A stretch of DNA of 64,000 bases. It comes from Faecalibacillus sp. (lineage in GTDB: Bacteria; Bacillota_I; Bacilli_A; RFN20; CAG-826). Shown piece after piece: positions 39,251 through 49,677 of the stretch (position 1 is the stretch's first letter; each line of letters opens with the position of its first letter). Made by a program: the position numbers and the translations under genes. The notes under the pieces are model-generated. The model saw nothing but the letters and a program-made list of their open reading frames with translations. It searched no databases and was not told the DNA's origin. The DNA is taken from positions 34,871-98,870 of the forward strand of contig CAVAGP010000003.1 of the NCBI GenBank assembly GCA_963588175.1, written 5' to 3'.

Positions 39251-40621
39251 TTATTCGGTTTTTGGTAAGAATTTATCGAAATGCTTCCAATTGTAGACAA
39301 GGAATGGGGCTTCGAAACATATCATGGCAAACCAGCCGATCATTGTGGAAAATGCCGCAGATTGCATTGGCCCTACCGAGCATGCAACTAAAATAAACAT
39401 GGTGGCCACCCTGACCACAATCTGAACCGTTGTGGAATAGAAAACCATATTAAGTTTCCCCATGCCTCTGAAGAAACTCTGAATCGAGTTTGTTATGCAC
39501 GGCAAAATGTAGAGGAAACACATAATGGAGAGATACAAGACCCCGCTATCGACAACAAGTTCTCTATCAACCACATCAGAACCAATAAACAAATTAAATA
39601 CAGGTCTCTTAAGCAATGCGATGGTAATAGAGATCAAAACTCCATAAATAAGATTCATTGCAAAACCGGTAAGATAGCCTCTCTTGCATCTTTCTTTGTT
39701 TCCCGCTCCCCTATTCTGAGCGACAAAAATGCTTGTGGCATGTCCGAAGTTTTGGCCAGGGGCAAAGACAAAATCATCGAGTTTGGAAGCTCCTCCGAAA
39801 GCGGCAATGTAATAAGCGTCAAACTTATTTATTTGCGTGGATATGGCGTATTTGCCAACATACAAGACTATTTGCTGCATTGCCGAGGCAACGGCATAAC
39901 CTGTCGAAATTTTAAGCAACGATCCGTCAATCACATATTCTTTAGGGGATAAAACAAGCAAAGTCTTATAACGCAGCTTGCCATAAATTATTATCAAGAT
40001 TGCCGATAATATCTGCGAAGTCAAAGTGGATAAGGCAACACCAACAATCTCCATCTTGAATTGAGCGACAAATACAATATTCAAAACGATGTTAAGGATG
40101 CAAGAAACGGCAAGGAAGATGAGGGACGCTAAGGAATCACCAAGCGCACGTAAATATGAAGCGTACATGTTATAAAGGAACGAGAACACAAGGCCTAACG
40201 AAGTGATGCCTAGATAAACCATCGCATCATGCTTCAATGTCGGATCGGTGACATTGGAAAGGGCCATGATAGGCGTTAACAATAAATTGAATAGCACAGT
40301 TAGACATAGAGAAAAAATCCCGAATACAATAAGGCATGAAGCGAATTGTTTTTTCAAAGAGCATTCATCACCTGTTCCAAATAACTGGCTGGTATGAATC
40401 GCCAATCCAACGCATAACCCGGAAATAAGAGAGATGAAGATGTTGAATATTGGGCCGGCAATTGATAAAGCGGCCTGAGAATTGATTGGGTCGGCGGAAA
40501 ACCAACCCATGATAATGTAATCGAAAAGATTATAGGTAAGTTGAAGTATGCTTCCTAGAACTAAAGGCAACGAGAAAAGAAATAATTGAGGTACGATTTT
40601 TCCTTCTGTCATCTTCTTCAT
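39251..40621 (-). CDS. MATE-family efflux transporter
   Basis: 12 TM segments, MATE N-terminal pattern. Start placed at ATG 40621. Confidence 0.8.
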   Translation of the reverse strand: MKKMTEGKIVPQLFLFSLPLVLGSILQLTYNLFDYIIMGWFSADPINSQAALSIAGPIFNIFISLISGLCVGLAIHTSQLFGTGDECSLKKQFASCLIVFGIFSLCLTVLFNLLLTPIMALSNVTDPTLKHDAMVYLGITSLGLVFSFLYNMYASYLRALGDSLASLIFLAVSCILNIVLNIVFVAQFKMEIVGVALSTLTSQILSAILIIIYGKLRYKTLLVLSPKEYVIDGSLLKISTGYAVASAMQQIVLYVGKYAISTQINKFDAYYIAAFGGASKLDDFVFAPGQNFGHATSIFVAQNRGAGNKERCKRGYLTGFAMNLIYGVLISITIALLKRPVFNLFIGSDVVDRELVVDSGVLYLSIMCFLYILPCITNSIQSFFRGMGKLNMVFYSTTVQIVVRVATMFILVACSVGPMQSAAFSTMIGWFAMICFEAPFLVYNWKHFDKFLPKTE

Positions 40622-40774
40622 AACGCCGCCCCCTTCATTGAGAAATTCTATCATCAGCGCATTTTTAAGCGCATAAAAATATAGTGATGTATACAACAAA
40701 AATGAAGAAATTTATTTTTTTGTAAATAAAAAAGACACAAGAATATATACACGGCATCGTACTTTTTCGAATCT

Positions 40775-40790
40775 TTGTTGTATACAACAT
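40775..40790. promoter_or_regulatory. Operator palindrome TTGTTGTATACAACAT in the divergent MATE / lplB-like promoter region (a second copy TGATGTATACAACAA at 40685-40699)
   Basis: A 15/16 palindrome with a GT-ATAC-AC core typical of GntR(FadR)-family operators. Confidence 0.5.
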
Positions 40791-40901
40791 TTTGTAAGGG
40801 GTTTCATTTTTTGTTGAAAAAGTTCGATAAAGAGTCAAAAATTAGATAACAAAATCACACAAAACAGAGGAAGTTGCTGTTTTAACTTGTGAGGGGCACA
40901 T

Positions 40902-41948
40902 ATGAAGCAAAGTGAGTACGTAAGACTCAATCCGGAGACCAATCGCTACGAATTGGACGACGAGCAAAGAGTCAGAGATGACGTTGAGAAACACCGCTGG
41001 AAGAACAACGGCCTAACCATCTTTAAGGACTGGCGTCTTTATTTGATGCTCGTTCCAATGGTGGCTGTTTTCTTATTCTGGAGATACTTCCCAATGTATG
41101 AATTATTGGGATGTTTCAAGGTAACAGAGGTTGGCGTTGACGTTGGGGATCAGAACTACTGCGGTTACTACAACTTCATCGAGCTGATGTTCAGTAACAC
41201 AACCCAAACCACCCAATTCTGGGCCGCGTTCCGTAACACATTCCTTCTTTCATTCTATGGATTGCTATTTGGATTCCCGGTCCCTATCATCCTCGCAATC
41301 TTCTTCAATGAAATCAAATCAGATATCCTCCGTTCAGGCTATCAGGTCTTAACTTATCTTCCTAAGTTCATGTCAACGGTCGTCATGACAACACTAGTCA
41401 CGCTTCTCTTGAAGAATTCAAATCAAGTCTCTGATGCAGGTATCATCTCACAGGCGCTTGCCAAGATTGGGCTCATCTCCCAAGAAGTCGCCGATAAAGG
41501 ATTGTTGCATAATCCAAATTACTTCAGGGCCATCTACCAAATATCAGGCATTTGGGAAGGCGCAGGCTACGACTCAATCGTCTACTTCGCCGCAATCATC
41601 GCGGTTTCCCCTACTCTATATGAGGCCGCGCAAATCGATGGCGCTACGAAAATGCAGCAGATGAAGAGCGTTGTCCTCCCTTGTATTCTCTCAACCATCG
41701 TCATCATGCTGATCAACAGAATCGGGTCACTCCTATCCATAGGATACGAAAAAGTCATCTTGCTATACACAACCGACACATACGTCACTGCAGACGTTGT
41801 TTCCACGTTCGCATACCGTATCGGCCTCGAAAGCGGGTCGCAAGGAGTTGCTTCCGCCGCTGAAATGCTAAACAACATCACCGGAATGATTCTTGTAATC
41901 GGGGCTAACAGCATTGCTAGAAAAGCAAGCAATGTCTCGCTCTATTAA
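40902..41948 (+). CDS. Sugar ABC transporter permease (CUT1, LplB/MalF-like)
   Basis: 348 aa, 6 TM segments, EAA-loop region QIDGATKMQQMKSVVLP. Confidence 0.8.
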   Translation: MKQSEYVRLNPETNRYELDDEQRVRDDVEKHRWKNNGLTIFKDWRLYLMLVPMVAVFLFWRYFPMYELLGCFKVTEVGVDVGDQNYCGYYNFIELMFSNTTQTTQFWAAFRNTFLLSFYGLLFGFPVPIILAIFFNEIKSDILRSGYQVLTYLPKFMSTVVMTTLVTLLLKNSNQVSDAGIISQALAKIGLISQEVADKGLLHNPNYFRAIYQISGIWEGAGYDSIVYFAAIIAVSPTLYEAAQIDGATKMQQMKSVVLPCILSTIVIMLINRIGSLLSIGYEKVILLYTTDTYVTADVVSTFAYRIGLESGSQGVASAAEMLNNITGMILVIGANSIARKASNVSLY

Positions 41949-41961
41949 GGAGGGCTTGAAA

Positions 41962-42861
41962 ATGAAACGTAGACTAGAAGCTAGCGAATTAATCTTCAAG
42001 ATTATCTCCTACACGCTGCTTACATTATTTGCGCTCAGCTGCTTATATCCATTCATATACGCAATATCCTCTTCTATATCAGGCGCACACGCAGTTGACT
42101 ATAACGAGGTCATCCTTTTCCCAAAAGACATCCAATTTGACGCTTTCAAATCAATATTCGAAAACAATATGTTCTGGAACTCTTACGCCAACACATTGTT
42201 CTTGACATTCTTCGGAACAATCTGGGCATTAGGAGTCGCAATCCTCGGTGGTTACGCTCTCTCAAAGAAGAGATTGCTCTTCAGAAAAGGCTGGAACTTC
42301 TTCCTCGTCTTCACAATGTGGTTCTCAGCAGGTATCGTCCCACAGTACCTCAACTACTTATCAACTTACAAGGTCTTCTCATCAATCGGCATCAAAGACG
42401 TCAAATGGCTCATCGTCATCGCAATGGGTATGGCGGCCATGAACATCATTCTTTTAAGAAATGCGTTCGAAGGCGTTTCTAGTGAAATCGAAGAAGCCGC
42501 TAGAGTCGATGGCGCAACCGAGATGCAGGTTTTGACCAACGTTTACATCCCGATGAGCAAATCAACCATCGCAACAGTCGCGTTGTTTTTCGCAATCTCT
42601 AGATGGAACGGCTACTTCTGGGCTAGAGAAATGATCGCAGCCGCTCACTCACCAAATGAGCAGCCACTTCAAGTCTTCATAAGATTATTGCTTGAGGACT
42701 ACACAAATACAGATACTCTGGCAAGCTGGAACAAGAACTATTCAGCATCCTCAGCAATCTATGCACTCATCATCTGCGCAATCATCCCTATCTTGATTAT
42801 TTATCCATTCATCCAGAAATATTTTGCCAAAGGCACGAATATGGGCGGTGTAAAGGAATAA
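41962..42861 (+). CDS. Sugar ABC transporter permease (CUT1, LplC/MalG-like)
   Basis: EAA loop EAARVDGATEMQVLTNVYIP. Start placed at ATG 41962, which has an AAGGAGGG Shine-Dalgarno. The track ORF starts at an upstream TTG. Confidence 0.8.
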   Translation: MKRRLEASELIFKIISYTLLTLFALSCLYPFIYAISSSISGAHAVDYNEVILFPKDIQFDAFKSIFENNMFWNSYANTLFLTFFGTIWALGVAILGGYALSKKRLLFRKGWNFFLVFTMWFSAGIVPQYLNYLSTYKVFSSIGIKDVKWLIVIAMGMAAMNIILLRNAFEGVSSEIEEAARVDGATEMQVLTNVYIPMSKSTIATVALFFAISRWNGYFWAREMIAAAHSPNEQPLQVFIRLLLEDYTNTDTLASWNKNYSASSAIYALIICAIIPILIIYPFIQKYFAKGTNMGGVKE

Positions 42862-42908
42862 TAAAAATTTGAAAACAAAAACTTTTTTGAAAGGAGAAAA
42901 ATAAAAAC

Positions 42909-45134
42909 ATGAACAAAAAAGTTAATGGTCTAATGCTCGCATCAATAACAGCAGTCTTAGCGTTAGCAGGATGCGGACGTAACACCCCAACATCCTCTTC
43001 AGAAAAAGGCGGTGACACTCCAACATCTCAGCAGTCACAACAGACAAGCGAAGATAAAACACAGCCTGAGACATATTCAGCAAAAGCAACAAAAGCAGCT
43101 GAATTCGTCGCAAAAACTTGGAAAGGCACAGACTATCTTGAAATCAAGCAGCACCAGTGGGAGAAACTCCAGACTTACTACAAAGGACTCACAAAAACAG
43201 CAACAACAGGCACAGCCCCAAAAGTTGTTGCCGGAACTGAATTAAGAGTCGCTGGCGGTTACCAAAAGCAAAACGAAGCCATTTCATTTCAGGATGCTTC
43301 AATCACAGGCGAGGGAATCACATTGGCGGATGGTGTAACATATCACACAAATGACTTAAAGCCAACATGGGCCGCACTCGAGAAGCAACTCGGAATCGAA
43401 TTCAAAGATTTATTCAAAGGCTCAGGTTCAGCTGAAAAAGAATATAAAGCTTGGGAAAACAACCTCGAAGATGTTGATATCATCGCAGGTTCAGCCTCAG
43501 TCCTCGTCGCAGCAGGTTCGCAGGGAAAAGTCATTGACCTCAACAAGTACATGGATAAACTCCCTAACTTCAAGAACTACCTCGACAATAACCAAATCGC
43601 ACGTCTTTCCATCACCGGTTCAACAGAAGGCGATAACAAAGGCGCAATCTACTTTTCCCCATACTTCGATGGCGTTGATGATATCGAGAGAATGCCTTTG
43701 ATCAGAGCTGACATGGTCAGAAAACTGCTCGATGGCGATACAGCATATGCAGGCGCAAATAGAGACGTCAAGACAAACGGATGCACAGCATACATGCCAA
43801 CCAGCGGCAAAATCGAAGTCGAAGTCTCGGATTCAGCAGGATTGGTCTCAAAACTCACAAAAGATTACTCAAAATACGGAAACATCGTCGAGAAAATGAA
43901 TGCAGAATCTGGATTAAAGGGTGATAAGGCTGTCCAGATGTTCCGCGATTACATCGACAAAACATATGCTGGACATTACACAAAGAGATCAGACCTCTTC
44001 CTCGGCTACGACGCAGCTTGGGATGCAGATGAAATGGTCGCACTCCTCCGTTGCGCAGGCGCTTCACTAAATGACAGTGATGGCAACCCAATCACTCCAC
44101 TTTATTCACGTGAAACAGGCAACAACCAGAGAGATATCGACTTAACACGTTTCGCAGGGTCCCTCTTCGGTGCCCGTGGATTAGAGTCAAGACAGGATTA
44201 CCTCTACTTCGATTCAACAGGCACATTACATGATGCACGTCAGGAAGCAAAATCATACGATGCAATGGAAAGAATGCACGGACTTGTCACAGAAGGACTC
44301 GTTGGATTGGCAGCAGGCTCAACAAGCACCAGTGCTCTTGAAAAAGATGCAGGCATCATGTCATACGACTACAACCAGACTCAGACCGTCATGAACGCAA
44401 CAAAGCTCCAGGATGGCGAGGAATATATCGCCATCATGGTCCCAGTCGCAAAATGGTCAGATGGCAAGAAGACTGAATACAAGAGATTCACAGAATCCTG
44501 GAGATCAGTCAAGACCGATGGTTGGGCAATCTCAGCAGCGGGAGTTGAAGGCAACGAGAACAAGCTAAATGCAGCCCTTGCCTTAATCGACTTCGCCTTC
44601 TCAGTCCAGGGTCAAATCACAATGTCATATGGACCGGACTCATTCATCAAAGTCAAAGATTCATCAGTCACAGTCAAGGATTGGGATGATGTTGCCGAGA
44701 AATATGAAACATTCAATTTCAACGGAACTCAGATGCCGGTCATCAAAGATGAAACATATGCAGAACTCCAGAAATTGACAGGCGGCAACTACACCAACTA
44801 CGCAAGAAGATACCTCGGATCAACATTGAATGGATTCCCTAAATCACAGGCATTCGAATATCAGTGCACAAACGAGATAGGCAAGAAGGGTTCGGCAGTC
44901 TTGGCAACGGCAATCGGCGCAGGAACAATCAGCCACCCAGTCCTCGCAATCAACGAAGACAACATGTGGTACACATCAATTCCAACAACATTGCCTACGA
45001 CATCAGCTCAGACAGATTCATTAAAAGCCTTGACCGATATCACAACCAACTTCTCGTCAAGCAAAGGTGGAATAAACGTCTTATATAACCTGCTCTCAAC
45101 AGGCGAAACAGGCGTTGATACATTCAAGTATTAA
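42909..45134 (+). CDS. Extracellular solute-binding lipoprotein of the sugar ABC importer (LplA-like); unusually long at 741 aa
   Basis: Signal peptide plus lipobox LALAGC, followed by a Ser/Thr/Gln-rich linker and then a family-1 SBP-like body. Confidence 0.7.
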   Translation: MNKKVNGLMLASITAVLALAGCGRNTPTSSSEKGGDTPTSQQSQQTSEDKTQPETYSAKATKAAEFVAKTWKGTDYLEIKQHQWEKLQTYYKGLTKTATTGTAPKVVAGTELRVAGGYQKQNEAISFQDASITGEGITLADGVTYHTNDLKPTWAALEKQLGIEFKDLFKGSGSAEKEYKAWENNLEDVDIIAGSASVLVAAGSQGKVIDLNKYMDKLPNFKNYLDNNQIARLSITGSTEGDNKGAIYFSPYFDGVDDIERMPLIRADMVRKLLDGDTAYAGANRDVKTNGCTAYMPTSGKIEVEVSDSAGLVSKLTKDYSKYGNIVEKMNAESGLKGDKAVQMFRDYIDKTYAGHYTKRSDLFLGYDAAWDADEMVALLRCAGASLNDSDGNPITPLYSRETGNNQRDIDLTRFAGSLFGARGLESRQDYLYFDSTGTLHDARQEAKSYDAMERMHGLVTEGLVGLAAGSTSTSALEKDAGIMSYDYNQTQTVMNATKLQDGEEYIAIMVPVAKWSDGKKTEYKRFTESWRSVKTDGWAISAAGVEGNENKLNAALALIDFAFSVQGQITMSYGPDSFIKVKDSSVTVKDWDDVAEKYETFNFNGTQMPVIKDETYAELQKLTGGNYTNYARRYLGSTLNGFPKSQAFEYQCTNEIGKKGSAVLATAIGAGTISHPVLAINEDNMWYTSIPTTLPTTSAQTDSLKALTDITTNFSSSKGGINVLYNLLSTGETGVDTFKY

Positions 45135-45247
45135 TCCTGCTCTGATTTAGAAATTAAACAAAAAAACCAAGGCATCCTCAAATTGGGGGTGCCTTGGCAT
45201 CCGAATAAAAACCTATTAAAAATAGGGGATGTTGAAGAGGTGATAAT

Positions 45248-45820
45248 ATGTTTAAACCGCAAATGAAATTCCAAAAGATAATGTCCATCGCATTATTGAT
45301 CCTTGCAGCTCTGACATTTTTCTATTCCATTGGAATCGCGACCGATATCTATCCGCTGCATTTGGCGGAAGCCCTTGAAAGCGTGGATGGTTATCAATTC
45401 TTTACAGAAATCCAGCCTTATAACAAGCAAGAAGTTATTTTCTCCATTGTTGTTGTGGTAGCAAGTCTCGCACCTTTCATCTTCGCCTCAAACACAAGAC
45501 GAAAATATTACTGGGACAACTATTTGGGTTTTGGAATACAAGGCGGAGTTCTTATCGCCTATTCAATATTCACGATTGTTCAAACCACAATCTATAAAAA
45601 CAGATTCTTAACAGAAGTTGATGTCGAAGGATACAAAGCCTGGTGCGAAAAGAAGGGGCACTTCTATTCAGGCACCACAATCTGGTTCGATTTGGGCTAC
45701 GTTTTCGCCGCTCTTTGCTTAATCGCCGTCGGAATCATAGTCTTCAACATAATCTGGAAAATCAAACTCGAAAAAGCCGAGAAAGCGCTTTTGGCAGGAG
45801 GATCAAACGATGGAAAATAA
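45248..45820 (+). CDS. Small polytopic membrane protein A (190 aa), unknown function
   Basis: Four hydrophobic helices, a GAGG Shine-Dalgarno. Overlaps the next ORF by 11 nt. Confidence 0.4.
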   Translation: MFKPQMKFQKIMSIALLILAALTFFYSIGIATDIYPLHLAEALESVDGYQFFTEIQPYNKQEVIFSIVVVVASLAPFIFASNTRRKYYWDNYLGFGIQGGVLIAYSIFTIVQTTIYKNRFLTEVDVEGYKAWCEKKGHFYSGTTIWFDLGYVFAALCLIAVGIIVFNIIWKIKLEKAEKALLAGGSNDGK

Positions 45821-46304
45821 TGAAGAACTCATCAAAAACGACCCTAAAATCAAAGAGGATCGCCTTCGTTTCACCAAAAATAAGATTCCTTCATGGCTCT
45901 GCTATTTGGCAATCGTATTCGATGTCATCTATTTCATCAGCGTTTATAAAATCAACCATGAGTATTTCTACACAGGCATGATTGCGGTCTCAATCATCGC
46001 AAATCTCATCTTCATGCTTGGGGTCTTCCTCTCTAGCGAAGAGGTCAAAAACTACAAATCATCTTACGCCATCGTGATGCTAGTCTTTGCGGTGATGCAG
46101 ATAGCAAGGATATTCATCTATCCGTATAACGCCTACATCACCCAGGGGAATGACGGGGCATATGTCATCGAAATGCCCATGTTCTTATTCCTTGCCGCAA
46201 TGCTCGCATGCTCTGCCATTTCATTAATCGTCGGGGGAGTCATCGGCATCTTAAAGTCTCGCAAACACAAAAAGGCCATGGCAGATGCCCAGGCCGTTAA
46301 ATAA
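45810..46304 (+). CDS. Small polytopic membrane protein B (164 aa), unknown function
   Basis: Four hydrophobic helices, an AGGAGG Shine-Dalgarno. N-terminal motif KIPSW before TM1. Confidence 0.4.
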   Translation: MENNEELIKNDPKIKEDRLRFTKNKIPSWLCYLAIVFDVIYFISVYKINHEYFYTGMIAVSIIANLIFMLGVFLSSEEVKNYKSSYAIVMLVFAVMQIARIFIYPYNAYITQGNDGAYVIEMPMFLFLAAMLACSAISLIVGGVIGILKSRKHKKAMADAQAVK

Positions 46305-46315
46305 GGAGGTTAGAC

Positions 46316-47380
46316 ATGGCAACATTAAGCTTACAGCACCTCGATAAGATTTATGATAACAAGGTTCAGGCCGTCTTCGACTTCAATCTTGATGTCAAAG
46401 ACGGGGAATTAATCGTTCTCGTCGGGCCTTCTGGATGCGGCAAATCCACAACATTAAGAATGGTCGCCGGACTTGAGGATATCTCAGCTGGACACCTCCT
46501 AATCGATGGAAAAGACGTCACAAAAGAACCTGCAAAGAATAGAGATATCGCAATGGTCTTCCAAAACTATGCGCTTTATCCTCACATGACAATCTATGAA
46601 AATATGGCGTTTTCTCTTACCTTAAGGAAAGAAAACAAGAACATCATCCACAAGAAAGTCATGGCAGCCGCTGAAATCCTTGGCTTAACCGAGCAATTGA
46701 ACAAGAAACCAAATCAGTTATCAGGCGGCCAAAGACAGAGAGTCGCAATGGGACGTGCAATCGTCCGTAACCCGAAGATTTTCTTGTTCGATGAGCCATT
46801 ATCAAACCTCGATGCAAAATTAAGAGGATCGACAAGAAGGGAAGTCAAGCTCCTCCATAAGAGACTTGGCACCACGATGATTTATGTCACCCACGACCAA
46901 ACAGAAGCATTAACCCTTGCGGATAGAATCGTCTGCATGTCAATGGGATATGTCCAGCAAATCGGCACTCCTCTTGAATTATATGACCATCCGAAAAATA
47001 TCTTTGTCGCCTCATTCATCGGACTCCCTCCAATGAATTTGTACGACCTCGAATTAAAAGATGGCGAATTCTATCTAGAAGGCATAAAACACCACGTCAG
47101 CCAGAAGATTGCCGATGCGGTAAAAGCAAGTGGCAAGACGAAATTCGTCGTTGGAGTCAGACCAGAGGATATCATCCCGGGCAACGACTACAACCTACAC
47201 GTAACCATCAACGAGAACACCGGCCATTTCACCCTTACGCACGGAACTCTCTTCGGAAAGACATCCTGCGCTAAGTTCCGTGGATGGCAACGCTACAAAG
47301 ATGGCGATGTGGTAAGAATCAGCTTCATTCAGGAAAAAATCCATCTCTTCGACAAAGAGACGACAGAGGCGATATTCTAA
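46316..47380 (+). CDS. MalK/MsmX-family sugar ABC transporter ATP-binding protein (ATPase 1)
   Basis: Walker A GPSGCGKST, signature LSGGQRQRVA, DEPLSNLDAKLR, plus a C-terminal MalK-type regulatory domain. 354 aa. Confidence 0.9.
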   Translation: MATLSLQHLDKIYDNKVQAVFDFNLDVKDGELIVLVGPSGCGKSTTLRMVAGLEDISAGHLLIDGKDVTKEPAKNRDIAMVFQNYALYPHMTIYENMAFSLTLRKENKNIIHKKVMAAAEILGLTEQLNKKPNQLSGGQRQRVAMGRAIVRNPKIFLFDEPLSNLDAKLRGSTRREVKLLHKRLGTTMIYVTHDQTEALTLADRIVCMSMGYVQQIGTPLELYDHPKNIFVASFIGLPPMNLYDLELKDGEFYLEGIKHHVSQKIADAVKASGKTKFVVGVRPEDIIPGNDYNLHVTINENTGHFTLTHGTLFGKTSCAKFRGWQRYKDGDVVRISFIQEKIHLFDKETTEAIF

Positions 47381-47390
47381 AGGAGGCGTT

Positions 47391-47960
47391 ATGAAGGTAG
47401 CAAAGAGAAAAAAAGGAATAAAGGAATCATTCCGCAAATTCATCGTTTCCCTCAAGAGAAGGCCACACAACATTCCACTTGTGTTCATGCTCATCACATT
47501 CTTGGTGTTTGCATTGAATATGACATCGATCAGCAACACAACCGGTTATATTAACAGGAACCCCATGGGCTTATGCTCATTCGTCATCATGCTGGTATCG
47601 ATTCTGGCAATGGTCGCATTCTTAAGAGCCTTCCCTAAGAGAAAGAAACCTGTCATTTGGATGATGGTGCTTCTATACGTGATGATGGTTATTGTTATGG
47701 GCGCTGATATTTGGTATCTCTTAAAAATCCAGGCTTGGAAAGATGCAACAGCAAACTGGGCGGAAATAGTTGTTGATGGCGACCACAATTACGTTATAAC
47801 AACTTGGAATATTCTAATTGCGCATATAATAATGACTGGAATTGGCATTGCGCTAACAGCCTTGATTCCGGTCTTAGGCAAACTGTTTGGCTTAATCAAC
47901 ACCTCAGTTGACCTTGGAGAGAATGAAGGCATGACAAAAATCGAGACAGTAGACGAATAA
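47391..47960 (+). CDS. Small polytopic membrane protein C (189 aa), unknown function
   Basis: AAGGAGG Shine-Dalgarno, a basic N-terminus, motif NIPLV before TM1, four hydrophobic helices. Confidence 0.4.
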   Translation: MKVAKRKKGIKESFRKFIVSLKRRPHNIPLVFMLITFLVFALNMTSISNTTGYINRNPMGLCSFVIMLVSILAMVAFLRAFPKRKKPVIWMMVLLYVMMVIVMGADIWYLLKIQAWKDATANWAEIVVDGDHNYVITTWNILIAHIIMTGIGIALTALIPVLGKLFGLINTSVDLGENEGMTKIETVDE

Positions 47961-47962
47961 TC

Positions 47963-48592
47963 ATGGATAAGAACAACAAGGCTAAAAAAGAGGAAATGAA
48001 GCAAAAGAGCGCAGTTGACCGTTTGGTTGAAGCATCCAATGGCGACGCCAGCGGAGACGACTACGTTGAGAAAAACGAAAAGCAATATCACGCCGGATTC
48101 CTCGCAAAAATCCCAACGTGGATTAAAGCCTTACTCCTGAAATGGTGGTTTATCGGAGCGGTATGCTTCTTCTTCCTATGGGGCTTTGGCAATTACATCA
48201 CCGCCCATTGGGATAAGATACTTATCCTCGGGCTAGCATCAGGCGCCGTAACAAACCTGCTCACAAACAATCTCCTTAGACTGATTGAGCGTGAGGATGG
48301 TGAATTCAACCTCTACATGATGCTGCCAACCAAAAAGTTATGGGCCCTATTTGTAGACATTGTCTACGGCTTCGTAATAACAATACTAGTCGTTTATACA
48401 TACGAGGGCATAAACACGCTAGTTATCCAACTGAATCCAACCAAATACACCTCGGATTCAGTTCCATTAGGAGTTGAGCCATTGCTATATGGCCTCTTCT
48501 ATCTCGCATACGACATGATATTCATATGGGTTAAAAACCTGATTGTCTATCTATTCAAGAAAAATAAAGCTGCACAACTAACTCGGAGGTAA
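47963..48592 (+). CDS. Small polytopic membrane protein D (209 aa), unknown function
   Basis: Motif KIPTW before TM1 and four hydrophobic helices. Begins 2 nt after the previous stop. Confidence 0.4.
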   Translation: MDKNNKAKKEEMKQKSAVDRLVEASNGDASGDDYVEKNEKQYHAGFLAKIPTWIKALLLKWWFIGAVCFFFLWGFGNYITAHWDKILILGLASGAVTNLLTNNLLRLIEREDGEFNLYMMLPTKKLWALFVDIVYGFVITILVVYTYEGINTLVIQLNPTKYTSDSVPLGVEPLLYGLFYLAYDMIFIWVKNLIVYLFKKNKAAQLTRR

Positions 48593-48596
48593 GCTT

Positions 48597-49676
48597 ATGT
48601 CAGACATAGTTCTAAAAGACGTTAACAAAATCTATCCAAACGGATTCCATGCGGTCCACGATTTCAATCTCGAAATCAAGGATAGGGAATTCATCGTTTT
48701 CGTCGGCCCATCTGGCTGCGGCAAATCAACAACCCTCCGCATGATTGCTGGACTTGAGGAGATTTCCAAAGGCGATTTCTTGATCGATGGCGTGCGCGCT
48801 AATCATATGTCATCAATCGATAGAGGCGTTGCAATGGTCTTCCAGTCCTATGCTCTTTATCCACACCTCTCAGTTTATGATAACCTCGCATTCGGCCTTA
48901 CCTTGGCCGGCATTGACGCTGACGTCATCGATGAGAAAGTCAACAAAGTCGCAGGAATACTTGGATTAACCGATTATCTCGACCGAAAGCCAAAAGCCTT
49001 GTCAGGCGGTCAAAGACAGCGTGTAGCTGTGGGACGCGCCATCATTAGGCAAGTTGATATTTTCTTAATGGATGAGCCTCTCTCCAACCTCGATGCCAAG
49101 CAAAGGGTCACAATGAGAGCGGAAATCCTTCAGATTCATAGGCAGACCGGGGCCACAACAATCTATGTCACCCACGATCAAACCGAGGCTATGACACTCG
49201 CTGATAGAATCGTCTGCATGAAGGATGGCTATATCCAGCAAGTCGGTACTCCAGAAGAACTCTACTTCCATCCTGTCAACGTCTTCGTTGGAGGATTCAT
49301 CGGTGAGCCGCCTATGAATTTTGTCAAAGGTGACGTCAAAAATAACATCATGGCTTTTGACAATAGCAATGTGACAGTAGATTTATCCCATACAAATTAT
49401 GCACTTACTGGCGATAGATTGTTCTTCGGGTTTAGGCCGGAGAGCGTAACCATCCACGAAACTGAAAATGCCTACAAATTCCACGCAAAAGCCACATTGA
49501 CTGAAATGTTTGGCGATTCCACAAACGTATATGTCGACATTGATGGCGTCACTTTCATCATCAAGCTTGACCCGCACGATGCACCAAATATGGATGAGGA
49601 GTTTGACTTCTATGTTCCATATGAGAACGTGTATTTATTCGATGGGGAGACAGAGAACATATTAGTTCTCAAATGA
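48597..49676 (+). CDS. MalK/MsmX-family sugar ABC transporter ATP-binding protein (ATPase 2)
   Basis: Paralog of the 46316 ATPase: GPSGCGKST, LSGGQRQRVAVGRAI, DEPLSNLDAKQR. 359 aa. Confidence 0.9.
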   Translation: MSDIVLKDVNKIYPNGFHAVHDFNLEIKDREFIVFVGPSGCGKSTTLRMIAGLEEISKGDFLIDGVRANHMSSIDRGVAMVFQSYALYPHLSVYDNLAFGLTLAGIDADVIDEKVNKVAGILGLTDYLDRKPKALSGGQRQRVAVGRAIIRQVDIFLMDEPLSNLDAKQRVTMRAEILQIHRQTGATTIYVTHDQTEAMTLADRIVCMKDGYIQQVGTPEELYFHPVNVFVGGFIGEPPMNFVKGDVKNNIMAFDNSNVTVDLSHTNYALTGDRLFFGFRPESVTIHETENAYKFHAKATLTEMFGDSTNVYVDIDGVTFIIKLDPHDAPNMDEEFDFYVPYENVYLFDGETENILVLK

Positions 49677-49677
49677 T

